Shown here: positions 26,301-39,261 of the stretch, in pieces
Layout of the letters: every line of letters starts with the position of its first letter
How positions within the stretch are numbered: the stretch's first letter is position 1
Origin: Eledone cirrhosa
Taxonomy: Eukaryota
NCBI GenBank assembly: GCA_964016885.1
Contig: OZ024744.1
Span: 116,932,001-116,996,000 of the forward strand
DNA: 64,000 nucleotides
Reading direction: 5' to 3'
Notes under the pieces: model-generated
Told to the model about the DNA's origin: nothing
Seen by the model: only the letters and a program-made list of their open reading frames with translations
Databases searched by the model: none
Position numbers and translations under genes: made by a program

Positions 26301-29300
26301 TGACCTAGTAGTTGGGGGATTGTACTGGGTATAAGGTCATGTCTATAGGAAGAGTGTGACCTAGTAGTTAGGGGATTGTACTGGGTATAAGGTCATGTCT
26401 ATAGGAGGAGTGTGACCTAGTAGTTGGGGGATTGTACTGGGTATAAGGTCATGTCTATAGGAGGAGTGTGACCTAGTAGTTAGGGGATTGTACTGGGTAT
26501 AAGGTCATGTCTATAGGAGGAGTGACCTAGTAGTTGGGGGATTGTACTGGGTATAAGGTCATGTCTATAGGAGGAGTGTGACCTAGTAGTTGGGGGATTG
26601 TACTGGATATAAGGTCATGTCTATAGGAGGAGTGTGACCTAGTAGTTGGGGGATTGTACTGGGTATAAGGTCATGTCTATAGGAGTGTGACCTAGTAGTT
26701 GGGGGATTGTAATGGGTATAAGGTCATGTCTATAGGAGTGTGACCTAGTAGTTGGGGGATTGTACTGGGTATAAGGTCATGTCTATAGGAGGAGTGACCT
26801 AGTAGTTAGTGGATTGTACTGGGTATAAGGTCATGTCTATAGGAGTGTGACCTAGTAGTTGGGAATTGTACTGGGTATAAGGTCATGTCTATAGGAGGAG
26901 TGACCTAGTAGTTAGGGGATTGTACTGGGTATAAGGTCATGTCTATAGGAGGAGTGTGACCTAGTAGTTGGGGGATTGTACTGGGTATAAGGTCATGTCT
27001 ATAGGAGGAGTGACCTAGTAGTTGGGGGATTGTACTGGGTATAAGGTCATGTCTATAGGAGGAGTCACCTTGTAGTTAGGGATTGTACTGGGTATAAGGT
27101 CATGTCTATAGGAGGAGTGTGACCTAGTAGTTGGGGGATTGTACTGGGTATAAGGTCATGTCTATAGGAGGAGTGTGACCTAGTAGTTGGGGGATTGTAC
27201 TGGGTATAAGGTCATGTCTATAGGAGTGTGACCTAGTAGTTGGGGGATTGTACTGGGTATAAGGTCATGTCTATAGGAGTGACCTAGTAGTTGGGGGATT
27301 GTACTGGGTATAAGGTCATGTCTATAGGAGGAGTGTGACCTAGTTGTTGGGGGATTGTACTGGGTATAAGGTCATGTCTATAGGAGGAGTGTGACCTAGT
27401 TGTTGGGGGATTGTACTGGGTATAAGGTCATGTCTATAGGAGGAGTGTGACCTAGTTGTTGGGGGATTGTACTGGGTATAAGGTCATGTCTATAGGAGGA
27501 GTGACCTAGTAGTTGGGGGATTGTACTGGGTATAAGGTCATGTCTATAGGAGGAGTGACCTAGTAGTTGGGGGATTGTACTGGGTATAAGGTCATGTCTA
27601 TAGGAGTGTGACCTAGTAGTTAGGGGATTGTACTGGGTATAAGGTCATGTCTATAGGAGGAGTGACCTAGTAGTTGGGGGATTGTACTGGGTATAAGGTC
27701 ATGTCTATAGGAGTGTGACCTAGTAGTTGGTGGATTGTACTGGGTATAAGGTCATGTCTATAGGAGTGTGACCTAGTAGTTGGGGGATTGTACTGGGTAT
27801 AAGGTCATGTCTATAGGAGTGTGACCTAGTAGTTGGGGGATTGTACTGGGTATAAGGTCATGTCTATAGGAGGAGTGACCTAGTAGTTGGGGGATTGTAC
27901 TGGGTATAAGGTCATGTCTATAGGAGTGTGACCTAGTAGTTGGGGGATTGTACTGGGTATAAGGTCATGTCTATAGGAGGAGTGTGACCTAGTAGTTGGG
28001 GGATTGTACTGGGTATAAGGTCATGTCTATAGGAGTGTGACCTAGTAGTTGGGGGATTGTACTGGGTATAAGGTCATGTCTATAGGAGGAGTGACCTAGT
28101 AGTTGGGGGATTTTACTGGGTATAAGGTCATGTCTATAGGAGTGACCTAGTAGTTGGGGGATTGTACTGGGTATAAGGTCATGTCTATAGGAGGAGTGTG
28201 ACCTAGTAGTTGGGGGATTGTACTGGGTATAAGGTCATGTCTATAGGAGTGTGACCTAGTAGTTGGGGGATTGTACTGGGTATAATGTCATGTCTATAGG
28301 AGTGTGACCTAGTAGTTGGGGGATTGTACTGGGTATATGGTCATGTCTATAGGAGTGTGACCTAGTAGTTGGGGGATTGTACTGGATATAAGGTCATGTC
28401 TATAGGAGGAGTGACCTAGTAGTTGGGGGATTGTACTGGGTATAAGGTCATGTCTATAGGAGGAGTGTGACCTAGTAGTTGGGGGATTGTACTGGATATA
28501 AGGTCATGTCTATAGGAGTGTGACCTAGTAGTTGGGGGATTGTACTGGGTATAAGGTCATGTCTATAGGAGTGTGACCTAGTAGTTGGGGGATTGTACTG
28601 GGTATAAGGTCATGTCTATAGGAGGAGTGACCTAGTAGTTGGGGGATTGTACTGGGTATAAGGTCATGTCTATAGGAGTGTGACCTAGTAGTTGGGGGAT
28701 TGTACTGGATATAAGGTCATGTCTATAGGAGGAGTGACCTAGTAGTTGGGGGATTGTACTGGGTATAAGGTCATGTCTATAGGAGTGTGACCTAGTAGTT
28801 GGGGGATTGTACTGGATATAAGGTCATGTCTATAGGAGTGTGACCTAGTAGTTGGGGGATTGTACTGGGTATAAGGTCATGTCTATAGGAGGAGTGTGAC
28901 CTAGTAGTTGGGGGATTGTACTGGGTATAAGGTCATGTCTATAGGAGGAGTGTGACCTAGTAGTTGGGGGATTGTACTGGGTATAAGGTCATGTCTATAG
29001 GAGGAGTGTGACCTAGTAGTTGGGGGATTGTACTGGGTATAAGGTCATGTCTATAGGAGGAGTGTGACCTAGTAGTTGGGGGATTGTACTGGGTATAAGG
29101 TCATGTCTATAGGAGTGTGACCTAGTAGTTGGGGGATTGTACTGGATATAAGGTCATGTCTATAGGAGTGTGACCTAGTAGTTGGGGGATTGTACTGGGT
29201 ATAAGGTCATGTCTATAGGAGGAGTGTGACCTAGTAGTTGGGGGATTGTACTGGGTATAAGGTCATGTCTATAGGAGTGTGACCTAGTAGTTGGGGGATT

Positions 29301-29964
29301 GTACTGGGTATAAGGTCATGTCTATAGGAGGAGTGTGACCTAGTAGTTGGGGGATTGTACTGGGTATAAGGTCATGTCTATAGGAGTGTGACCTAGTAGT
29401 TGGGGGATTGTACTGGATATAAGGTCATGTCTATAGGAATGTGACCTAGTAGTTGGGGGATTGTACTGGGTATAAGGTCATGTCTATAGGAGGAGTGTGA
29501 CCTAGTAGTTGGGGGATTGTACTGGGTATAAGGTCATGTCTATAGGAGTGTGACCTAGTAGTTGGGGGATTGTACTGGGTATAAGGTCATGTCTATAGGA
29601 GGAGTGTGACCTAGTAGTTGGGGGATTGTACTGGGTATAAGGTCATGTCTATAGGAGTGTGACCTAGTAGTTGGGGGATTGTACTGGATATAAGGTCATG
29701 TCTATTGGAGTGTGACCTAGTAGTTGGGGGATTGTACTGGGTATAAGGTCATGTCTATAGGAGTGTGACCTAGTAGTTGGGGGATTGTACTGGATATAAG
29801 GTCATGTCTATAGGAGTGTGACCTAGTAGTTGGGGGATTGTACTGGGTATAAGGTCATGTCTATAGGAGTGTGACCTAGTATTGGGGGATTGTACTGGAT
29901 ATAAGGTCATGTCTATAGGAGTGTGACCTAGTAGTTGGGGGATTGTACTGGGTATTAGGTCATG
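17316..29964. repeat. 12.6-kb satellite, 53/54/56-bp units, about 230 copies
   Basis: Unit GGTCATGTCTATAGGAG(GAG)(TG)TGACCTAGTAGTTGGGGGATTGTACTGGGTATAA. Confidence 0.99.
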
Positions 29965-30223
29965 GGTTCCATTCTTCGGTTGTTTGTTGTTTATCAGCAC
30001 CAAACATCTTCATTTCACGTTGCTGAACCAGTTTATAAACTCTCCCCCTCTCTCTCTATGACTCTCCCATCTCTTTCTCTCCCTCTCCCATCTCTCTCTC
30101 TGCCTCTCCCATCTCTCTCTCTCCCTCTGAATGAAACAGTTCTAGTCCTGTAGAATTGATATCTATATTTAACATTGTATATTGATATCCCCATAATCAC
30201 TGTTTAACATCTACTCTCCCATG

Positions 30224-30728
30224 ATGGCATGGTTCAGACAAGTCTGGCATGGGTCTGACATGTTCGCATAGGTCAGACAAGTCTGGCATGGGTCTGACAT
30301 GTTGGCATCGGTCAGACTTGTCTGGCATGGGTCTGACATGTTGGCATGGGTCTGACATGTTGGCATAGGTCAGACAAGTCTGACATGGGTCTGACATGTT
30401 GGCATGTGTCTGGCATGGGTCTGACAAGACAGGCATGGGTTTGACAAGTTTGGCATGGGTCAGACAAGTCTGACATGGGTCTGACATGTTGGCATGGGTC
30501 AGACATGGGTCAGACAAGTCTGGCAAGGGTCTGACATGTTGGCATGGGTCAGATTTGGGTCAGACAAGTCTGGGAAGGGTCTGACAAGTCTGGCAAGGGT
30601 CTGACAAGTCTGGCATTGTTCTGACAAGTTTGGCATGGGTCTGACATGTTGGCATGGGTCTGACAAGTCTGGCATGGGTCTGACATGTTGGCATAGGTCA
30701 CATTTGGGTCAGACAAGTCTGGGATGGG
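30224..30728. repeat. Degenerate 19-20-bp tandem repeat (TGGCATGGGTCTGACATGT / TGGCATGGGTCAGACAAGTC)
   Basis: Direct inspection. Confidence 0.9.
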
Positions 30729-30859
30729 CCCGACAGCTGAGCTCTTGCTATTTCAATAGCTAGTTCCAGTCTAGTGACGGTTAGTAAAGAGTCAGTAATA
30801 TTGTGGGTGGGTCCCGCCCCGAAAACTCAGGTGGAAATGGCAATAAAAACTTCATTATA

Positions 30860-30924
<65 letters not shown>

Positions 30925-30979
30925 TGTATATAAATATATATATATATATATGCACGCACGCGTGTGTGTATATATATAC

Positions 30980-31265
30980 ACTGAGTTCAATTCTCAGACC
31001 GGGAGATGTGTTGTTTCCTTGAGCAAGACACTTTATATCACATTGCTCCAGTTTACTCAGCTGTAGAAATGAGATGCTAGGGACTGGGGTCCATATCGTT
31101 CCACTGCAAAGTGGTCGTGGAGGTGCCACGGCAAAAAAGCACCCAGCACTCACTGTAAATGAGGTTGGTGTTAGGAAGGGCATCCAGCTGTAGAAATCAA
31201 GCCAGACTCAGTTCCCGTCCCACCCTTGCAAGCAAGGAAAAGCGGAAGTAAAATGATGATGATGA
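30980..31265 (+). mobile_element. SINE family B (5'-truncated) with RTE-like tail ending in (GAT)n
   Basis: B-box GAGTTCAATTC, CCTTGAGCAAGACACTTT core, GGTGTTAGGAAGGGCATCCAGCTGTAGAAA tail. Reverse complement of 45709-46100. Confidence 0.88.
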
Positions 31266-31269
31266 CACA

Positions 31270-32103
31270 TATCATCATCATCATCATCATCATCGTTTAA
31301 CGTCCGTGTTCCACGCTTGCATGGGTTTGGACGGGGGTTTTCCCACTTGAGGCAAGAGTGATTGTCTTGCTCGCATAGGACTGTCTGGCAGGTTTTCTAC
31401 AGTTGGATGCCCTTCCTAACACCAACCACATTTACAGTGTGGGTCTGGGAGGTTTTTACCGTGTTGCCTACACGGCCACATTACAGCGTGGACTGTGTGT
31501 TTTTTTGTCGTGACACCTACACGATCTCATTTGTTTCGGCCTGGATGGTGTGGCACCAACATAACTTTACATAGAAGGGGGCGGTGTGGATGGGGATGGG
31601 GGTGGTGGGACGGGGGTGTATTTTGTTAGAGATGCCTACTGACTGTAGTAGGTTTTACTTTGTATTTAGGTAAGGCGGGTCTTCTCTATTACTGAGTACC
31701 GCCAAAGGTCTCGGTCCAGTGACATTGTCTTGGTGAGGTGTAAGTGTGTGAGGTCGGAGTTTATCAGCTCGTCCCAGGTTTTTCTGGGTCTGCCTATTCC
31801 GTGACTACCGTCTATCTTTATTGCCCTGTACTTTGTTATACAGCTATCGACTTTCATGCGCATCACGTGTCCATACCAACGAAGCCTTCTCTCGAGTAAA
31901 CAACATCTGATCCCTCTTATTTCTAATTTTTTCCTTAGTTCGTTTATGCTTTGCCGTTCACGTATATTACTGTTACACATCCAGTGGAGCATGCAAGCTT
32001 CGTTTCTCTCTAGTCTGCGTATATCCTCTGCACACAATGCCCAGGTCTCACTGCCATGCAACATTGCTGTTCGTATGCAGGCATCGTACAACCTGCCTTT
32101 CAT
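31270..32103 (-). mobile_element. RTE LINE 3' end (C-terminal ORF + 3' UTR with (GAT)n tail)
   Basis: MKGRLYDACIRTAMLHGSETW...RRLRWYGHVMR...GRPRKTW...DRDLWR, homologous to 3093-3480. Confidence 0.93.
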
Positions 32104-32104
32104 T

Positions 32105-32225
32105 TATATATATATATATACACATACATGCATGCACACATACTTACACACACATGCACATACACACATACCTACACACACATACACACACACACACACA
32201 TACACACACACATACATATACACAC

Positions 32226-32258
<33 letters not shown>

Positions 32259-32286
32259 TACCTACACACACATATACACACATACA
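32105..32286. repeat. (CA/TA)n microsatellite
   Basis: Direct inspection. Confidence 0.9.
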
Positions 32287-32353
32287 TTCATTCTTGCTTA
32301 GCTATCTACTTCCCTGTTAACATCTTTCTTACCAATCTTCCTACCTACTTCTC

Positions 32354-33159
32354 TACCCTCAAGTCCCAAGTAAAGGGGGTGGGGCGTGGGGGCCTACCTC
32401 CATACCCTCAAATCCCAAATAACGGGGGGGGGGGGGTACATCCCTACCCTCAGAGCCCAAATAATGGGGGGAGGGGAGGGGGGGCCTACCTCGCTACCCT
32501 CAAGTCCCAAATAACGGGGTGGGGTGGGGGGTCTTTATTGGAAAATCAATAATTTTTCTAGGTTGAGAGATGGAGAGGGTGGGAGAGACAGTGACAGTGG
32601 GAGTTTCGTTCCTCTGTATCCAGATCTGGGGTACAGGTGTGTGTGACTGATTTAATAAGAATGTTCTTGTTTCCTTTTATGTTTGATTAGTATCAATAGA
32701 AATGAATCTCTATTGTCTGTTATTGAGACCCCAACCCATCCTATTTATTTTATAACATCAGGGATTTCTAGTAACATATTTTTTTTTGTCATGAATAATT
32801 GTTTCTATGTTAGGCACAAGGCCAGCAATTACCCAGTGCATTACTGGTACTTTATTTTATCGACCCCCGTAAGGATGAAAGGCAAAGTCAACCTCGGCGG
32901 GATTTGAACTCAGATCGTAAAGGGACGTAACTATGCTGGAAAGCATGGCGTCCGACCCTCTACCGATACTGCCAATCCACCGACCCCTTTTTGTTATGAA
33001 TAATGTTTTTTAATTCTAAAAAAAATTAATATAAAATTTCACTTGAGTAGATTAGCTTTAATAACCAGGTGGATGGTGGAATAAGAATGAGGGGGGTGGG
33101 GAAAACCGGAAAAATTAGTAAGTGTGAGTGGGGGACGATTATTTGAGAACCAAGAGTAC
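32354..33159. mobile_element. Tc1/mariner-type MITE (same family as 8791) with a four-fold reiterated left TIR
   Basis: TACCCTCAAGTCCCAAATAA-like motif occurs 4 times; right end ATTATTTGAGAACCAAGAGTA. Confidence 0.65.
32793..32985 (-). mobile_element. Full-length SINE family A nested in the MITE
   Basis: Reverse complement of 878-1062. Flanked by a TTTTTGT(C/T)ATGAATAAT direct repeat (likely TSD). Confidence 0.9.
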
Positions 33160-33511
33160 CTATCTAGATATCTCCCTTTGGTGGCTATTTCCCCTAGCTA
33201 GCTGTCTATCTAAGCTATCTCTCTCTCTCTCTCTTTATCAACATACCTGCTTACCTATCATCTCCAATTTGTTTTCTCTATTTCTATCTCTCTTCCATTT
33301 ACCCTCCTTCCATCCCCTCTCTCATCCCTTCCCTCCTCCACTCATTTATCCCTCCCTCCCACCCACCCCTCACTAGTGTCCCTCTCCTCTCTATCTCTTA
33401 TCCCCCCTTCTCTCTCCCAGTCCTTCCCTCCATCTCCCCTCACTCCCCCTGCCCCGTCTCTCTCCACATGGTACTATCTGAAAGATAGATTATAGTGGGG
33501 GTATGTTTTAG

Positions 33512-33606
33512 AAAGCTGATGCTATGTAGCACCACAGCAACCATCCATTCCATGATTTGGCAACGAGAGAGAGAATTCATCAACAGCCATGACAGGAGAT
33601 ATATTG
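33512..33606 (+). CDS. Candidate exon (KLMLCSTTATIHSMIWQREREFINSHDRRYI), unidentified
   Basis: tgttttAG acceptor, consensus G|GTAAGT donor, single open frame starting in phase 2. Confidence 0.25.
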
Positions 33607-33734
33607 GTAAGTCTGAGAGATGGAATTTAGCTGACAACTTGAGACTCAATAGAAAACCAGCTTAACAGGAACAACTAACTACAATGGAGGATGGAAGAAA
33701 GCTATTTGGTGAACCAGTTCCATCAAAGTTATTT

Positions 33735-34288
33735 CACCACCACCACTACTACCGCTACCACTACCACCACCACCACTGCCACCACCACCACCACCACCAC
33801 TACCACCACCACCACCACCACCACTACCACTACCACTACCACCACCACCACTACCACCACCACCACCACCACCACTGCCACCACTACCACCACCACTACC
33901 ACCACCACCACCACCACCACTGCCACCACTACCACCACCACCACCACTACCACCACCACTACCACCATCACCACTACCTCCACTACCATCACCACCACCA
34001 CCACTACCACCACCACCACCACCACCACCACATCCACTACAAACACCACCACCACCACCACCACCACCACTACCACCACCACTACCATCACCACCAATAC
34101 CACCACCACCACTACCACCAATACTGCCACCACCACCACCACTACCATCACCACTACCATCACCACCAATACCACCAATACCACCACCACCAATACCACC
34201 ACCACCACTACTACCACTACCTCCTCTACCACCACCACAACCACCACCACCACCACTACCACCACCAGCACTACCACCACCATCACCA
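33735..34288. repeat. (ACC)n-rich trinucleotide tract
   Basis: Direct inspection. Confidence 0.95.
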
Positions 34289-34317
34289 AATAGCTTCACA
34301 GAGGATGAAGTACAAGT

Positions 34318-34475
34318 CCAGCAATTTGAAGGGAAGGGGGGGGCAATTAAATTGACCCCATTACATTACTGGTACTTTATTTTGTAAAGTTAACCTCTGC
34401 GGGATTTGAACTCAGACCATAAAAGGACATAACTCCATACTACATAGCAAGGTGTCGGACACTCTACCGATTACA
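34318..34475 (-). mobile_element. Diverged SINE family A copy
   Basis: CATTACTGGTACTTTATTTT...GCGGGATTTGAACTCAGA. Confidence 0.75.
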
Positions 34476-34544
34476 CAATCTAAATAATAACAACAAAATA
34501 AATGAAATGACAAAGAAATTATGATGGTTTTTACTGTAGGTGTG

Positions 34545-34688
34545 TGTGTGTGGCTTAGTAGTTACAGCTTGCAATTGTGAGGTTGTGAGTTCGATTCTCG
34601 GACTGGGTGATGTGTTGTGTCCTTGAGCAAGACACTTTATTTCACATTGCTCCAGTTTACTCAGCTGTAGAAATGAGATGATAGGAAC
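34545..34688 (+). mobile_element. SINE family B head (tRNA-like + CORE-like), running into the 85-bp satellite
   Basis: TGGCTTAGTAG A-box, GAGTTCGATTC B-box, TGTGTCCTTGAGCAAGACACTTT...CAGCTGTAGAAATGAG. Confidence 0.85.
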
Positions 34689-35329
34689 TGGTACCAAGCA
34701 GTATCACACATTACCTTTCCCTTGGACAACATCATATATAATATATATAGTATATATATAGTTGTGATACCACTGGTACCAAGCTGTATCACACATTACC
34801 TTTCCCTTGGACAACATCATATATAATATATATATAGTATATATATAGTTGTGATGTCACTGGTACCAAGCTGTATCAGACATTACCTTTCCCTTGGACA
34901 ACATCATATATAATATATATAGTATATATATAGTTGTGATACCACTGGTACCAAGCTGTATCACACATTACCTTTCCCTTGGACAACATCATATATAATA
35001 TATATAGTATATATATAGTTGTGATGTCACTGGTACCAAGCTGTATCAGACATTACCTGTCCCTTGGACAACATCATATATAATATATATATAGTATATA
35101 TATAGTTGTGATGTCACTGGTACCAAGCTGTATCAGACATTACCTTTCCCTTGGACAACATCATATATAATATATATATAGTATATATATAGTTGTGATG
35201 TCACTGGTACCAAGCTGTATCAGACATTACCTTTCCCTTGGACAACATCATATATAATATATATAGTATATATATAGTTGTGATGTCACTGGTACCAAGC
35301 TGTATCAGACATTACCTTTCCTTTGGACT
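34689..35329. repeat. 85-bp SINE-derived satellite, first array (about 7.5 copies)
   Basis: AGTTGTGATGTCACTGGTACCAAGCTGTATCAGACATTACCTTTCCCTTGGACAACATC plus a TA tract. Confidence 0.95.
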
Positions 35330-37495
35330 AGGTTCACTCTCAGTCCTCTTGCTTCCAACTGCTGTTTCAATAACCAGAATTTATTCTCTAGCTCCTCTAC
35401 TGATTCTGCTATAAGAACCAAATCGTCAGCATAGCGAAGTTCCCATGGACAGCCAATCTTAAACTCCTCTGTATGGCTTGGATAACTATAATGAACAAGA
35501 GCGGGCTGAGGACTGAACTCTGATGTACTCCTACTTATATCTGGAATTCCTCACTAAACTCCATTCCTACCCTGACTTTACTGACAGCCCCTCTGTACAA
35601 AGTTTCCACTGTCCTCACAAGCCATTCCTCAACACATATTTTCCTTAGGGACCACCACATGACAGATCGGGGTACCCTATCAAAGGCCTTCTCTAGGTCA
35701 ACATAGTGGCTTATTCTTCTCTAAGAACCTCTCTTGCAATTGTCTCACCAAGAAGAGGGCATCTGTTGTACCTTTCCCAGGCACAAAATCAAACTGCATC
35801 TCATCTAGTTTGACCCTTTCTCTAATTAGTTGTGCTAATATCCTTTCTGCCACTTTCATAACCTGATCCATCAGTTTTATACCCCTATAATTGCTCCTCT
35901 CCAGAGCATCCCCTTTACCTTTGTAGCAATTTATGAGAATACTGCTGCACCAGTCTTTGGGTATGACACCACCATATATAGCCTGATTGATGATGCTTGC
36001 AACCAGTTTAGTGCCTACGTCCCCTGATGCCTTCAGCATCTCAGCAACTATCCCCGACAGTCCAGCAGCCTTACCATTTTTCATTTCCTTAATCGCCTCT
36101 TGGACCCTATATTCGTCAATCTCAATAGCTGATCCCTCTGTCGGATCTACTGAGGGTAATTTCTCTCTCTCTCATTCGTTATCCACATTCATTAGTCTCT
36201 CATAATGACATTTCCAGCCCCCCTTTTTCTGATCATTCGTGACACTAAGTACACCGGCATCATTCCGGACACATTTATCTCCAACAATATCCTGATTTGC
36301 ATAGACAAACTGCCTTGCAATATGGAACACTGCACGCCTCTGATCTTCCCATCACAGAACATTGGCAAACCTCCTACTCTCAGCCTCCCTGCATGCTAAA
36401 TAGACCACATCTAGCTTCTCTCTTAGCGGCTGTATATCCTTCTCTACTCCCACCCTTTTTCCAAGCCTTCCATGCTAGTCTTTTGTCTCTAATGGCCTTA
36501 TCTATTGTGCTGTTCTACCACCAGGTTACTCTCTGTCTGGTTGGAGCTCCAGCCACAAGTTTCATCAGTAGCCTGCAGTAAGTTGTCACGTAAGAACTTC
36601 CAGTTATCATCTATGTCATACGACTCTAAATCGTCTTCTTTTTCGTCATACACATCTTGAAGGGCTTTCATAAATTTGTATTTTAGTGAAAGGTCTTTTA
36701 GCTTCCAGACCTTTCTTCTCCACACCTTCCTGTATGTCTCATTCCAGCTCTTGCTTACTGAGATATCACTAACGACTAACCTATGCTCTGGGGTACATTC
36801 TTCCCCAGGGTGTGCCTTGGTATTAGACACTATCTGCCTGTCCCGCTGCCTAACTAATAAAAAGTCAATCTGGCTTATGTGCTCGCCTGATTTGTAGGTT
36901 ATTAGGTGGTTGGCAGGTTTCTGGAAGTTAGTGTTGCAAATGGTCAGTGTACTTGCATCACAAAATTCAAGAAGTCTCACTACTTCTTCATTTCTTGAGC
37001 CGTAACCGTGCCCACCATGTACCCCAGTGTAACCATCCTGGAGCTGTCCAACCTGACCATTGAAGTCCTCTGCTAGCTTAACGATGTCTCCGTCCTCTGT
37101 CATTGCAGCTGTTTGTAATAGCAGTCTTTCTCTTCTTTACCTAGGCAGCTGTTTGTAATAGTCTTTCTCTTCTCTGCCTAGGCCTGCTTGGGGAGCATAG
37201 GCAGAGATGATTGTCAGTAGTCTCCTGCCTACAACTAATCTAAGCTTAATTATTCGATTAACTCAAACTACCTCTATTGTCTTATTGATCCACCTGTCAG
37301 CCAGTAATATGCCCACCCCACCTAACCCATCATCATTACCTACCCAGAAAAGCTTATAACTAAGATGTTTGCTTGCAATTAGTCTTGCAGAGGCACCTCT
37401 CCATCTCACATTTTGCACGCAGCACACATCCACATGCCTTCTCTCCAGCATTTCTACCTGTGAGAGTGCCAACATTAAGAGTTGCAACCCTGAGA
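35330..37495 (-). mobile_element. Decayed RTE LINE (APE + RT, 3'-truncated)
   Basis: Minus-strand ORFs: DVCCVQNVRWRG, EDFNGQVG, SQIDFLL, KGKGDALERSNYRGIKL, and RYADD at ~35425. Confidence 0.93.
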
Positions 37496-37504
37496 TGTGA
37501 TGTC

Positions 37505-37725
37505 TTCATATTTTTTTGTTTCTTTTCCTTTAGTGCGATTGCTTGAATACGGTCGGGGGGTTCTCACACATGGCCACACCAACCACCCTACTAATGTGTG
37601 CATCCCTAACATGGTATATACTTGTTGCTGTGCTAATAATCGTTTTGGCATTGATACACTGGTTGGATACGCTTCCTAGCACCAGTGCCACTTTACAGCA
37701 TGGACTGGGTGCTTTTATTCGTGCC
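37505..37725 (-). mobile_element. Old SINE/RTE-tail remnant
   Basis: GGATACGCTTCCTAGCACCA...CCACTTTACAGCATGGACTGGGTGCTTTT resembles 45799-45900. Confidence 0.55.
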
Positions 37726-38303
37726 ACCAGCTCTAGAGAGGATGTCTTACTGGACTCATGGGCCCTCTGTACCTCTACATTTTACAGCATGGCCATAAGA
37801 AAAAAAAAAAAAAAAAAAAAAAATCACACACACTTATTGACACTCATGGCACACACACACGCTCACTCACACACCAACCAACACTCATGCATACAAACAC
37901 ACACACAGACACATACATATATTACCGTCAGTATTGATACAAGATCATGTCAACAGTTGACTTTAGAAGGAGTTCATATAATAGAAGCCGAGTGTTACAG
38001 TTCAGTATTTTTATAATAACAATAATTGTTTGCTTTACAGCATAGAGTAACGGCCCTCCATGCTCTGGGCCCAAAACAAGGTACCAGCAATGTGCTGGGA
38101 CAATTGCTGCCCCATGCCAAGAACAGAATAGTTATTACTATTATTATAGTTGTTTTCTTCTTAAGGCCTGATCGTTGGTGGATGGTGTCAGTGATGGTGA
38201 TGGTGTATGGTGTCAGTGATGGTGGTGATGGTGTATGTTGTCAGTGATGGTGATGATGGTGTATGGTGTCAGTGATGGTGATGGCAGTTGTTGTTGTCGT
38301 TGT

Positions 38304-38335
<32 letters not shown>

Positions 38336-38526
38336 CTGTTGTTGCTGTTCATTTCACTGATGCTGCTGCTGCTGCAGGCAATGGTGTTGTTGTTGCTGTT
38401 GTTGTAGTCGCTGGGTTGAAATTTGGTCACTTCGCGCGTGTGATATATACACATACACATATACACACACGCATATATATATACACATATATATATATAT
38501 AGTATATATATATACATATATATATA

Positions 38527-38588
38527 TAGTTGTGATGTCACTGGTACCAAGCTGTATGAGACATTACCTTTCCCTTGGACAACATCAT
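38527..38588. repeat. Solo unit of the 85-bp satellite, fused to an RTE tail
   Basis: Unit sequence followed directly by CATCATCTTCGTTTAATGTCC. Confidence 0.9.
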
Positions 38589-38783
38589 CATCTTCGTTTA
38601 ATGTCCATTTTCCACGCTAGCATGTGTTAGAAGGGAGTTGTCCCACTTGAGGCAAGGCTGGTCAGGTGACCGTGTCTCACTCATATAGGACTATCTGGCA
38701 GGTTTTCTATGGCTGGATGCCCTTCCTAACACCAACCACATTTAGTGGAACTGGGAACTTTTTACCGTGTTATCTACACGGCA
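38584..38783 (-). mobile_element. RTE 3' UTR fragment
   Basis: Matches 31285-31476 (CCCACTTGAGGCAAG...GGATGCCCTTCCTAACACCAACCACATTTA). Confidence 0.85.
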
Positions 38784-39197
38784 TCATATATATATATCTA
38801 AAACAGAGAATGTCTGTCTGTCTGACTCTAAAACTCGAGAACCACCCAACCGATTGTTTTCAAACTTTACACATGTAATACTTATGGTTGTGTGAGTGTT
38901 TTGAGCAAAAAGTATTTCAAATTTTCAATGCCCTAGGGACCGCATTAGGCGCCGAACGTTGCGCCCTTATAATATCTATCTGTATGCCTGGCTGTCTGCA
39001 TTACAACATTATGACGCTATATGTGTGTGTGTGTGTATATATGTATATATATAGTGTGTATATATATATATATATATATATAGTGCAACGTTTTTCGAAA
39101 TATTTACTTCTGCGTTCACAGATTGATTTTTTTTTAGTTTCAGAAGACCCCGTTAAGGTTGAAAGCAGCGAATCTTTGCTTAAACTTTAATCTGTTA

Positions 39198-39261
<64 letters not shown>

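Noticed and set aside
17316-29964. CRISPR-like array
   Set aside because: There are no unique spacers and no cas genes, and the context is eukaryotic. The same applies to the other arrays.
33679-34355. Poly-Gly/His/Thr/Val ORFs (also the mucin-like ORFs at 12593-13241 and 55307-56352)
   Set aside because: (ACC)n microsatellites are open in several frames on both strands, with no signal peptide or exon support.
38041-38080. Exon candidate HRVTALHALGPKQ
   Set aside because: The donor is weak (GTACCA) and the phase is incompatible with the preceding candidate exon.
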